DNA from: Antechinus flavipes
Taxonomy: Eukaryota
Direction of reading: 5' to 3'
Assembly: GCF_016432865.1 (NCBI RefSeq)
Contig: NC_067401.1
Coordinates: 185,566,001-185,630,000, forward strand
Length of the DNA: 64,000 bases
A program made the translations under genes and the position numbers. Below the pieces are notes generated by a model. The model saw only the letters and a list, made by a program, of their open reading frames with translations, made no database searches and was not told the DNA's origin. Positions within the stretch are counted from its first letter, which is position 1. Every line of letters starts with the position of its first letter. Below are positions 1 to 13,009 of this stretch, piece by piece.

Positions 1-66
1 GGTCCCCACATAGAGCCTCCATACTTCCTATAGCCCCATACTCAGGGACTGGGGAGTTAAGATTTA

Positions 67-68
<2 letters not shown>

Positions 69-116
<48 letters not shown>
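69..116. repeat. (CA)24 microsatellite
   Basis: Uninterrupted CA dinucleotide run read directly. Confidence 0.97.
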
Positions 117-120
<4 letters not shown>

Positions 121-532
121 ATTGGTCTGGGGGAGGAAATAGACTTCAAGAAGAAAATAAAAATACCAGTTCATTAATTAGCAGGAAGTGGTGGTTTGTT
201 TATCTGTGTTAATTACTTTGGAGCTATAATTTAACCACCACAGCAAACTCCCCACTCCCACCCTTAGTCTGAGGTAGTGACTGGGACCCAGTTTCCAAGC
301 CCCCAGCTTCTTTTCTTCTCCATTGCTCAGTAACCAAGGGGATTTAGTTATCCAGCCCTCCAGCTGTCACCCATCTTCTTTCACATAGCTGCCTTCTTTC
401 TCTTTCCCCTAAAGTTCAAGGTTTCCAGTGAGCTAGGGACTGGACAACTGAAAGCCTAGATTTCTGACTGGGGAGGAGGGCTTCTATGGGGGTTGGAGGG
501 GCAATTTCTGGGGATGTGTGATCCTGGTGCTG

Positions 533-584
533 GTTGCCAAGACAACCAGATGCTGCCCCGCAATGTTACCGCGGCAACCAGCTG
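533..584. promoter_or_regulatory. Candidate enhancer: two RFX X-boxes (GTTGCC-AA-GACAAC 533-546; GTTACC-GC-GGCAAC 565-578) with E-boxes CAGATG (547-552) and CAGCTG (579-584)
   Basis: Motif match to the X-box consensus GTNRCC(N0-3)RGYAAC (second site full match, first near-match); local CpG retention. Confidence 0.55.
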
Positions 585-1639
585 CAGCTTTAACCCTGGA
601 AGGAGGCTAGGGGGTGGAGAAGGGGCCATGAAGAGCTTTGGGACCAAAGATACTAAGGTCTCTTACTAAGAATAGGGGTTGGAGGGGTGAGAGGGAGGAA
701 AAAATCCCAAGGACTGGGACACCAGACTCCTGGTTCCTTGTCACTCCTAGAACTAAAATAAAGGAGCCTGTATTGTTGCGGGGGGAGTAAGATGGGGTGT
801 CAGAGAAGCCTGAAAGCTCCTCCTCTTGCCCCCCTTGTTGGCCAATCCTAGTATAGCACTAGTGACCCAGGCCTGCAGACTCTGGTGAATAGGTAGGGAG
901 GGGGAACTTCTGATGCTGAAATAGTGGGGGTGGGGTGAGGTAGAAGGCTTTCAATGAACACAGCAACTACCTCACAGTAACTACCTCTTGACAGTGTTAG
1001 TTTCTACCCAACCTACCCTTCTAAGTTCCCCCCCAAATAACTGGAGGTTCCTCCTTACTGGCATGGGGTTGCCACCTACATGCCTTACCTGTTCCTCAAC
1101 CTCAGTCTAGTACCCCATTCTGCCCTAGATCTAACATTTTCTCTTTTCTAGGGCTAAAACAACCAGCCTGTTTGCCTCCCTTATCTCTTTTCTCCCAGTT
1201 CACTAAGAAAGAACCAATATCACATATTTGTGGATAAAGCACCTGGATCCCTTACAAAAAGCAGAATGTAAGGAAGGGGAAAAATCCAGGATCTGGGGAC
1301 CCAGATACCTGGGTTATTCTTACATACTTCTTCCCTCCCCCTCCTACTGCTAAAGCTGTTTGCTGACAAGGAGATTTCTTTGGGTCATTTTTGGAACCAA
1401 GAATGTGTGCATGCCTGCCAGACAAGCTCTCTGCAAGTGTCAATTTATTCGGGAGATGAGTATACAGGAATTCCCAATACCACTTCAGTCCCATCCCTTT
1501 TCCATCTTGCCTTTTCTGCCCTCCACCCCCCAAACTCAGCTCTCCCTCCTATTCTTTCAGGACCCTACCCACTCCTGGCATTTCATATCCCAAGTCACTT
1601 GGGTCTTGTTTCACTGTTCTCCCATCCCCACCATTCAGC

Positions 1640-2135
1640 TACTTCTCCACTATCCAATCTCTCTAGTTCTCTCTGCTCTTCTTTCTGCTTCCTTCCCATC
1701 CCATCTCCCCATTTTTGTTTCTTTTTCAGCATTACATCTCTTCCTCCTAAACCCTTCATCGTTCAACACTTCTAATCTTCATTGGTTTTATCCCTTTTCT
1801 ACCTATATTTTTTCTCCCTCTTTATCTCTTTCCCTTCTTTCTCCATCTTTCGCTTTCCCTCTATATCTCTATGCATTTTCCCCTGCATCTCCCTTATGCC
1901 TCAATCTGTTCCCATCTCTCTTCCCTGTCCAGTTTCTTTCTCCATCTCTCTCATTTCTTTCGCCTTCCTTTTTGCCAATATCTCCCTCCCATCTCCCTTT
2001 CCTCTATTTCTTATACTAGTCTCTCTCCTATTCCTCTCCTCCCATTTTATGTCTCCATTTCTCTTCCAATCTTTCTTTCCCCACCCCCTTTCTCCTTTCC
2101 AATCTCTCCTTTCCTCCCTCCCTCCATTACCTGCT
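1640..2135. repeat. G-poor polypyrimidine low-complexity tract (purine-rich on the - strand)
   Basis: About 500 bp dominated by C/T; explains the spurious S/P/L/F-rich ORFs at 1360-2278. Confidence 0.85.
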
Positions 2136-2454
2136 CAGGCCTGACTCCCCAAACCCAAAGGGAGTTGGGGGCAGGGGTTCAGGCCTCAGCCCCCTCCCTT
2201 GCAGTGAAGAAATGGATTGGCCAGGAAGGGGGAGGAGGAGGGGGAGATGGGAACACACGGGGTCTGTGGGCCCATTGAAAGGATCATTCATGGGCTGGAG
2301 AGAGAGAGAGACAAAGAGACAGAGACAAAGTGACCAAGACCAAGAAAGAGGGAGAAATGAAGATACAGAGATATAGGGACTGAAGATGGCTAAAGAGAGA
2401 TATGCAGAGACAGGCACACGGCAGACCCTCTAGGGCCCCTCCCCAGTCTCTTAC

Positions 2455-3450
2455 CTGCCTCAACCCCGGGGCCGTGGCTTCTCCATCTGGGGGTCGGAGT
2501 GGGGGAGGAGAGAGGCACACAGGGTCCTTGCAGGGGCCTTAGAGCCTCCAAACCCGGCAGAACGAGCCCCCGCCCACAGCGCCTCACCCTACTGGGGAGG
2601 GGGATTACCCCAAGCCCCGGGGGCGGGCCCGGATCCAGTCGATTCTCTGGGAGAGGAGAGGCAGGGTACGAGGCCCGGGAAAGGAGAAGCAGATACCCGC
2701 TTAGGAGGGGGCTGGGAACCAGGAATCCCGCAGCGGGGGTAGAGTACGATGGACTGGAGATCGCTGGATCCCTGGAGATAATTCAAAAGGGGCTGGGGGC
2801 GTCTCCCGATGGGACTTGATTGAGGAAGAATTAAAATTGGGGAGAAGGTGGCGGATCTCACGGATCTTGAGGGATCGGGGATGGGGGGGAATAGTCTCCG
2901 GAGATCCTAAGGGATCTGAGGGCTGTCGGGAAGGCCCCACGCTGAATCCTCTGAACAGGAGGGAATTAGGTCGGAATCCTTAGGAAAGAGAAGGAATCCA
3001 CTCGGTCTCGAATAAGGGGGAAGAAAATCCAGGGGAGATCAGAAAAGGTCGGGTTTGGGGTCCCTTGCCGATCTCCCCAACCCTGGGCTAAGGGTTTGGA
3101 AGCTAGGTTCCAGAGATCCTGGGATAGGGGAAGGCAGAGCGGGGCCAGTGTCCCTCGGGGGATGGTGGAGGTAGAGGAGAGGAATGATGGGGGAAGCGCT
3201 TAGCTGCTGGGCGGCCCGAACTCCTGGTTCTGCGAGCCGGGGCCCGCCCGCCCCTCGTCCATCCCAGCCCGAGAGTGATGAGCCGCCGGCGGAGCAGCCG
3301 CAGCAGCCACGCGCGTCACAGCCCAGCTGCCTCCCCCTCCCCTCTCCCTCCCCCCAACTCCGCTGGAGCTCGCTACTTCCCTCCCTTCCTCCCTTCCTCC
3401 CTTCCTCTCTCCCTCCTTCCCTCCCTCCTTCCCTTCTTTCCCGGGCCTAC
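2455..3450 (-). promoter_or_regulatory. NLGN2: CpG island with probable promoter and 5' non-coding exon of NLGN2 (coding exons lie left of the window); - strand donor CAG|GTAAG at 2455|2454
   Basis: High CpG/GC density, strong donor on the - strand, head-to-head with TMEM256 as in human. No NLGN2 coding sequence is visible, so identity is by synteny only. Confidence 0.5.
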
Positions 3451-4049
3451 AGAGCCTAGCATCTCCTCACTCTGATGTCCTCTCCCTCCACCCATCCCAT
3501 CCCTTCTTCGATCCCGCCTCCCCGCTTCTTTCCCATCCCCCTTTTCCTCCTCTTTGTTCTCCCAATATCCCAACTTCAGGTACCCCTCGCCTCTTCTCCC
3601 CTACGCTTCTTGCTCCTTCAGAAACCGTGGAAGTGGGAGTCGGGGACGGAGGTGGAAGAAAGGAGTGAAAGAGGGAGGGGCAGTGACATAATAAAAACCT
3701 AGAGGCTGAATGAGCCTAGTCAGACTAAGAGCAGAGACGGAGATGAGGAGAAACGGCACAAGTGGGGCTGAAGTGAGAAGATGCAAGGTGTACCTGGAGT
3801 TGGGAAGGGGTGACTTCCTCTTCTGGACACTTCTCTCCCTGCCCTAGACACTGGTGTGGCCCTAGAAATCTGGGATGTGGGGAGGACAGGACAAGGGTGC
3901 TTGGGTGTGGCTTATAGTAAACTTGGGTAGAGGGCAATGCAAGCCACACTGGGGGAGCCCGGAAAAAAAAAGGACTTCCTGGCCTCTGGAGGCAAGGAGG
4001 AGGAGCCCCATGGGCAGTGGGTGGAGCTTAAAAGAAATAGGGACCAAAA

Positions 4050-5733
<1,684 letters not shown>

Positions 5734-5914
5734 AGTTCTTCCCCTGTAATGTCCTAGGGACCAGTCTTCAGACTATCCTCTTTAGGAATGAAGCCACAAG
5801 CCAATTTTTGTAAAGGTACTGTTCCTGGGAGAAGCCAGTGTCAGATGGGATGCTGGGAACTTGATTTTTCCATCTGTGCTTGTGTTTTGCTTGGAGATTC
5901 AGAATGAGAAGGCA

Positions 5915-5920
5915 ATTAAA
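5915..5920 (+). terminator. TMEM256: Probable TMEM256 poly(A) signal, variant ATTAAA
   Basis: First PAS hexamer seen after the stop; first canonical AATAAA seen only at 7274-7279. Confidence 0.45.
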
Positions 5921-6149
5921 AATGGAATGTAGAAAACTTTGGCATCTTTATTGATCTCATGGGGTGGCAGGGTGGGGGAGGAATCTGACTTGAGGGACTC
6001 TTCTTGATATTCTTTCCTTTGGTGATCTCATTTTCTAGGCTAGCATCATCTATTATCCTTACACCCTTGGTTTTCTTGTCTGGCCTGATAGGTTCAGCTG
6101 CTAACATTACACAAATGACTCTCATTAATCTCTCCAATTCCAAACTTAC

Positions 6150-6620
6150 CACACCAACTTCCCATTAGATATTTCTGCATTTCCACACTGAGCATGTCTA
6201 AAACAGAATCTTTTCCAAGAACATATCATGTCTTCAAGTTTTTCATAAAGGGCAGCTCTGTCTCTCAGATATCCAGGTTTGTAAACTTAAATTCATTTAT
6301 ATTTTTTCCCATTTTCTCAAACTCCATATTGAATTGCTGTCTTGTCATTGTACCTTATTGACCTCTCTCATACTCAACTCCCTCTTTCTATTCAAATTGC
6401 TATTAATCCAGGACTTCATCATCTCCTATTGGGTTATTGTAATAACCCTTCTAATTGGCCTTCCTGATTTCAGGCTCTCCTTTCTTCAGACTGCTCCCAA
6501 AATAATCTTTAGTTCAAAAAAGTACTGTGCCTTAGAAATCTGTCCTGCTCTGACATTCTAGGAATCTACATCTAAAGCTAATAGATTCATCTACCTTCCT
6601 GTATGTTACTAATTCCACCA
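6150..6620 (+). mobile_element. Ancient LINE2 fragment
   Basis: Degenerate L2 signature (actgagcatgtctaaaacagaatc) and L2-like pyrimidine-rich downstream sequence. Confidence 0.6.
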
Positions 6621-7192
6621 TTTTTAAAGTCAAGGTTGAAACTTTGGTGTTTTTGTTTCCTTTCTCATCTGCTTCTAGGCACCAAATCTTGTCCATTCTG
6701 TCTTCAAAATACCTCCAGCAAATAGCCCCTGCTTATTATTGTGGGTGAGGTAAGGAGAGATTTTGACATGTACATAGATACATTTATTCAAATTAATTTC
6801 AAGGAGGAAAGAACACAAACAATTGAGGGCCAGGGGGTTAAAAAAAACCTTTTGAAAGAGGTAGCATTGGAAATGAATTCCAAACAAAGGGAACTACCTA
6901 TTCTAAGGCACAGAGAAAGCAGAATATGGCCGGGGTTTGACAGGGTTGTAACTTTTGGCTCACTTATCAGGGGTGCTCCAAATGCTCCATCTCTTTCACA
7001 GTTGCATACTTTCCTGACATGTTTTAAGTTGTCTGGTTAGTATATGAAGACCTAAGCTCAAGAACCCCTTTATTATCAACCTTAGGTAGCCTTCCACCCC
7101 TACCTCAGAAGGACTGTTTTGGTATGCCTGCTAATTTGGTGTCTTTGACCATTCCTAATCCTCTTGATTAAGAATTAGAGAAAGAAAAAACC

Positions 7193-7633
7193 TATAATGT
7201 TCAGGCTAGCTCTCTGGAGGTCCTCCAAATGGGCTTTGGTTTCAGCAGAATAATCACCACAAGAATAGTCAGGAATAAAGTCCAAAGTTTTTATTATCTC
7301 CTTCACAATCTGTCTCCTTCACCTGAGGCCAGGCTAGTTTTTTTTGGGGACCTTCAAATGGGCCTTGGTCTCAGTGGAGGAATGTAGGAGGCAGGAGAGC
7401 CTCAGGATGGTGGAAGATGGAATGTCTCTCTTCCAGTCCTTGTTGGCTCATATACCTTATTGTAATTACATCATTACAGCATGCTGATTATGTGTGAACA
7501 TAAGAGAACCATTACATCACCATGCTAAGTACCAAGTATATATGTAAACTAGATAACCATTGTCTCATCAATTCATCTGAATTACCACTTTGTTTCAAGT
7601 GTACTTCTCCAGAATTCTGGCTCTGGAGAAACA
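7193..7633 (-). mobile_element. Solo ERV LTR, related to the LTRs at 34124 and 39649; boundaries approximate
   Basis: Reverse complement ends ...gagctagcctgaacattata, like the end of the 34124 LTR (...gagctagtctggacattata), and shares ccagaa..cttgaaacaa with the 39649 LTR; no clear TSD. Confidence 0.7.
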
Positions 7634-7869
7634 AGTCTGGCCATTTTATTTTTTATGGCTCACGTTATGATCAAATCTCTCTCTCTACTTTCTACTTGAG
7701 GACCATCCTGATGGGATCCCTTACTCACCAGAGCTATTTCTGGTTGTGAATATATGGTAAATAAACTGGTTTTTTCCTAGCTTCCTTCCTCTGCATTTCT
7801 TGACTCTCTCTGCCTCATGGGTATTTCTCTTGCAGTTCCCTTACCCCTTGACCTCACAAGCAGAGTTTG

Positions 7870-10030
7870 TAAGGGAGGGACAAACCACATCATTTTCTTA
7901 ACTTTTTATAGCTTCTAGGATAAAATAAAAACTTTTGGACAGGCATTTAAGGTCTTCCCTAATCTGTCTCTAACCTACCCTGACATTATTTCATATTCTT
8001 CCCCTTCATGTCCCAATCTGTTTTAAAGTGAATTAATAACTCTTCTCCAATTTGGCATTTCATATCCATCTCTCACCTGGATTGTACTCTCTTCTTATTT
8101 CAACCTCTCAAAATAATAATCTTCTAAACTAAGTTATCTCCTCAGATATCACCTCCTTCAGAAGCCTGCCTTATTACTATAGACTCAAGTTGTTTCCCCC
8201 CTCCTCTTATACATGTTGAGGAGGGTGGTGATGGAAGTTTTAAATTTTATTTTGTCTTTTATATGCTCAAGACCTAGTAAATAAATACAGTAAATAATAA
8301 CATTTATTGAAGTGAGTCTGAGGCATGTCCTTGTGAATTCTATTTCCACAAAAATTTTTTTTTTTACATCTATGCCCTCTTTTCCATTTTTACTGCAACC
8401 ACCTCCTTCTGATGCTCACTATCTCTTATAACTTCAATTCAGTTGTGTTACCACTGTTAAGAATAATCATCAGATGCTCAGGTCTAATCATGTCATTCCT
8501 CTTCTCAAAAACCTCTAGTGATTCCCTAAAGGTTACTACATAAAGTCTAGCCTTTTTTTTTTTTTTTTTTGGGTGCAGCCATAATAGTTCTTAGATAAAC
8601 AATTATTTCTTTTCTTTCTTTTTTTTTTAATAGCTTTTTGTTTGCAAGTTATATGCATGGTTAATTTTACAGCATTAACAATTGCCAAACCTTTTGTTCC
8701 AATTTTTCTCCTCCTTCCCCCCACCCCCTCTCCTAGATGGCAGGATGACCAATACATGTTAAATATATTAAAGCATAAATTAAATACAAAATAAGTTTAC
8801 ATGTCCAAACTGTTATTTTGCTGTACAAAAAGAGTCGGACTGTGAAATACTGTACAATTAGCCTGTGAAGGAAATAAAAAAAGCAGGCAGGCAAAAATAT
8901 AGGGATTGGGAATTCAATGTAATGGTTCTTAGTCATCTCCCAGAGTTCTTTCGCTGGGTGTAACTGGTTCAGTTCATTACTGCTCCATTGGAACTGATTT
9001 GGTTCATCTCATTGCTGAAGATGGCCAGGTCCATCAGAGCTGATCATCATATAGTATTGTCGTTGAAGTATATAATGATCTCCTGGTTCTGCTCATTTCA
9101 TTCAGCATCAGTTCGTGTAAGTCTCTCCAGGCCTTTCTAAAATCATCCTGTTGGTCATTTCTTACTGAACAATAATATTCCATAATATTCCATAATATTC
9201 ATATACCACAATTTATTCAGCCATTCTCCAATTGATGGGCATCTACTCAGTTTCCAGTTTCTGGCCACTACAAAGAGGACTGCCACAAACATTCTTGCAC
9301 ATACAGGACCTTTTCCCTTCTTTAATATCTCATTGGGATATAAGCCCAGTAGTAACACTGCTGGATCAAAGGGTATGCACAGTTTGATAACTTTCTGAGC
9401 ACAGCTCCAAATCGCTCTCCAGAATGGCTGGATATATTCACAATTCCACCAACAATGTGTTAATGTCCCTGTTTTCCCACATCCCCTCCAACATTCCACA
9501 TTATCTTTCCCTGTCATTCTAGCCAGTCTGACAGGTGTGTAGTGGTATCTCAAAGTTGTCTTAATTTGTATTTCTCTGATTAATAATGACTTGGAGCATC
9601 TTTTCCTATGGCTAAGTCTAGCCTTCTTAAACTGGTATTTAAATCCTGTTCAGTCTGATTCCAATTTACTTTTCCACCCTTATCTTACTCTATTCCCCTT
9701 CCTATAGTCTACATTCCATCCCAATTCCTTGAAACTGCTACAGTTTCTTGTCTTATTACATTTTTGCTTATTGTATTTCTTTGGCCTGAAATGTCATTTC
9801 TCTGCATCTCTCCAATTGAAACCCATAGAAACTGACCTGAAAAGCCAACTTCTTCATGGCAATCTTTTCCTTGTCTGAATTCTCATATTTGTATCTTCCA
9901 TTTTCACACTCAACCTTGATTCCAGTTGTATATATTTGAGTCACATCTCCCCTGACATATTTATGTCCCACTACACTCCCCTCCAACACAACACTTGCAC
10001 ATAGTAAGTGCTCAGTAAATGAGAATCAAT
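7870..10030 (+). mobile_element. LINE2 3' fragment split by the L1 insertion at 8555-9613
   Basis: L2-like sequence on both sides of the L1; ends in an L2 terminus-like acacttgcacatagtaagtgctcagtaaat. Confidence 0.6.
8555..9613 (-). mobile_element. 5'-truncated marsupial L1 (ORF2 C-terminus plus 3' UTR) with 12-bp TSD aagtctagcctt (8543-8554 / 9614-9625)
   Basis: ORF 9155-9553 (MRYHYTPVRLA...HCWW...CIPFDPAV...CPSIGEWLNKLWY) is the L1 ORF2 C-terminus; poly(T) at the left end; exact TSD. Confidence 0.93.
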
Positions 10031-10047
10031 GTAATAGAATGCAAATG

Positions 10048-10200
10048 GGTAGGGCAGCTAGATGGCTCAGTGCAGAGAGCTCCTGCACTAGAGTCAGGAG
10101 GATCTGAATTTAAAATTGACCTCAGACATTTAACACTTACTAGTTGAGTGGCTCTGGGTAAGTCACTTAACTCCAATTTCCTGGCAAAAGAAAAAAAAGG
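10048..10200 (+). mobile_element. tRNA-derived CORE-SINE (WSINE1/SINE1-like)
   Basis: gggcagctagatggctcagtgcagagagc head, B-box-like segment, CORE ctgggtaagtcacttaac, A-rich tail. Confidence 0.8.
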
Positions 10201-10239
10201 GCTATGAAAATGGAGACAAAATCTAAAATCCTAGGAACT

Positions 10240-10365
10240 TTTTTTTTTTTTTTTTTGGCGGAGGCAATCTGAATTAAGTGACTTGTGCAAGATCACACAG
10301 CTAGGAAGTGTTAAGTGTCTTGAGATCAGATTTGAACTCAGGTGCTCCTGAATTCAGGGCTGGTC
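10240..10365 (-). mobile_element. Truncated CORE-SINE with poly(T) tail
   Basis: poly(T), then ttaagtgacttg...cacacagctagg...gatttgaactcagg. Confidence 0.75.
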
Positions 10366-10959
10366 CTAGAAACATTTTAAAGACAGAATGGACAAGACTT
10401 CCACTTGAAGGTGGAAGGGAAAGAGGAAGAAAAAATACCAAGATTGCAAACAAGTTTAACCTTGAAATGGAAGAATCCATAATAGCCTAAAAAGGAAGAT
10501 GAATATCTTGACTTTAGATGTATCCAATAAACCAATAAGTATTTATTAAACAGCTATTATGTGCCAGACACATCTAAAGGCTGGAAATATGGATACAAAA
10601 AAAAGAAACAATTCCTACTCTGAAGATTCTCGATTTGCATGAGGGAGATTACAACATATACATATATGAAAGAAATTGGGTATCTGGTATTCCTTCTTCT
10701 CCCTCTCCCTCTAGTCACAGTTAACATTGAGGGATGTTATCACAGGTTAATCACAGAGGTGTTAATGAGATAACATGATGTTCACACCTGTGAGAACACT
10801 TTCTGTGATGCAATTAAAGGGAACCTGGCCATTGGATGAGCAAGATGAGGTGATGTATCAAATGAGATAATATTTGTAAAAAAGAAATTAGCTAATACCT
10901 GTAATAATAATAAACATTTGCATATGCCTCCTATGCACTATTCTAAACTTTATTTCATT

Positions 10960-11110
10960 TGATCCTAACAACTGGTTTGGGAAGTAGGTACTATTATTAT
11001 CCCCATTTTAAAGTTGAAGAAACTGAGGCAAATGGAAGTTAACTTGCCCAGGGTCACACAACTAGTCATATATATAGGCCAGATTGGAGCTCAAATTTTT
11101 TTGACTCCAG
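10960..11110 (-). mobile_element. MIR-type SINE
   Basis: attatccccattttaaagttgaagaaactgaggc...cttgcccagggtcacac CORE signature. Confidence 0.75.
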
Positions 11111-11684
11111 GGCTTTACTTGCTTAGTACAATGCCCGACACAAACATACTAGACAACATATGAAAGCTCATCCCCCCTCCCCTTCCCTACACGAATCTAT
11201 TGAATAAATACAATTTAAATGCAGTTATTAAATAATAAAGTTGTCAATAAGGAAGGGCACTAGCAATTGGGGAGGTCAGAAAAAAGTGGTACCTGAGCCA
11301 ATAGAATTCTATGTAGATTCAGAATATCAGAACTGGCAGGGTCTTCAATGACAATCTGCCTAATTTATTTTATAGAAGAGATCACTGAAGCCCAGGGAGA
11401 AGAAACAGTTTGACCACATACACCTAGTTAGAGCCTGGGTTCCAAATTTCCTTTCAGATCTTCTACACTACCTCCTTTGAGTTTTTAATAAAGATGTACA
11501 ACCTAAGGTAGTCTGTAGGATAGGGAAAAATATGGTCTCACATTGTGTGAGCTAAAGACCAGCAGATATGGGTGTGGAAAACGTACATAGTAGGTGGTTG
11601 ATAAATATTGATTGATTCACTCTTAAGCGCTATGTGAGAATTAGAAAGGGAATCAAAATGCATGAAATGGCTTCAGAGGTCATA

Positions 11685-11713
11685 GTTCCTGTATTTACCA
11701 GTAGGGGGCGCTG
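11685..11713 (+). promoter_or_regulatory. CTCF site CCAGTAGGGGGCGCTG (11698-11713) with an upstream-motif-like AGTTCC
   Basis: Matches CCASYAGRKGGCRS with no mismatch. Confidence 0.75.
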
Positions 11714-12149
11714 CAGTCATGTGATGGAAGTGTACATACAGTGTGACGACTCCTCCAAACCACAGTAACTTTTTCCAGAAAACTCACTCCCTTTTCTGCA
11801 TATCAGTATCCCGCCCTCCATTTTAGGGTTGGTCAATTTGCATATCGACATCCAACACCCTAAGGTTGGCTAATTAGCATAAGTGGGCTCTCTATAAGCC
11901 GCCACCTCCAACCCAGTACCGGGGGAAGGAAGGGGTATCATTTTCCTGCAGAAGAAACTGGCCCCGACCCTTTCATTGCCCCTTTTACAAACCTGGCTCT
12001 TCTCATCCGAAGCAGAGAGCATGTGCTAAATAAATACAACTTGACTGATTCATGTCTCAAATTTGTGTTTCTCCCCCTCCTTCCGCCTCTCCACTACTAG
12101 AATGACTCACTGAGCATGAACCAAGGTGCCTGTAGGCGCTACCAAAACA

Positions 12150-12900
12150 AGTCACCTCCAGATGTCTGCGGCTCAGTTGCTTGAGTGGTCACTAGATCTC
12201 ACAGCATCACAGATTTAGAGCAGAAGAAGAAAGAGATAGGCTGCGGGCAGGGAGAGCCTGTCTTTCAGTCTAGTCCTTCGTCCTTTCACTTTTCCGACCT
12301 CTCTCCCTTCCGTTTCCATTCTCGCAGTTGGTGGAGAAGATCCGGAAAGAAGGGGAAGGGTGGGAAGGGTGGGAAGGGACTCAAAGCAAGCAGCTGCGTG
12401 TCCTCTCTTTTCCCACCCTGCCCGGAGGGCCGGCACTAGTGTTCTGGCCTAGCCAAAAATGTAGGCGGTAGAGCAGTTCGAGGGCTCGGTCGGATCTGAA
12501 TATAGTTTACCCCTCCCGAACCCTCCTGGGATTCCCGGCAAACCTGGAATTCGGGGCTGCCTATTGTAAGCTGGGACCATTAGATTAGGGCGGGGAGGGA
12601 AATCGAGCAGGGCGGGATCGGAGGGAGGAAGGGAGGGATACGGCGGGGAGGGATAAGAGAACAAAGAGACAGGCGAGTGGAGGGTCCTAGGACTGGTGTG
12701 ACTGGGACCCCGGGGTTCCAGGACACCTGGGTTCCTTGTAGGGCTGCTGCTTCTACACCCTGCCTCCTCCCCTCCATCTACCCACCCCTCAGTCCCACGC
12801 CGACATTTCGGATTCCTGCGTCCACTTTTCCTGTTTCTCTGAGTGAGCCGCAGTGCCGACCCCGCCTTTCTCCTGGTCCCAGATTTGTGCCTCTGCTATA
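12150..12900 (+). promoter_or_regulatory. PLSCR3: CpG-rich PLSCR3 promoter and 5' non-coding region
   Basis: CpG/GC-rich, GC boxes, upstream of the first coding exon (acceptor AG at 12960-12961). Confidence 0.65.
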
Positions 12901-13009
12901 TCGCTTGGCTCCTTTTTCTCTTTTTCTCTCTATCACTTTTCCTCCTCGGCTCTTTCTCTAGAAGACACTCCTCGAGGGACATTGACATCCCACTGATAAC
13001 ACCCCCTCC

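Noticed and set aside
935-975. TGAGGTAG (let-7 seed-like) with a complementary arm, forming a 9-bp stem
   Set aside because: The stem is only 9 bp with a 23-nt loop, far short of a pre-miRNA, and the sequence diverges from let-7 after about 12 nt.
1360-2278. Several long ORFs of 120-219 aa
   Set aside because: They arise from the G-poor pyrimidine tract, which lacks stops; S/P/L/F-biased with no domain.
6676-10405. Shared 20-mer agacagaatggacaaga at 6690-6710 (-) and 10381-10397 (+)
   Set aside because: Most simply explained as independent LINE2 fragments rather than a functional inverted repeat.
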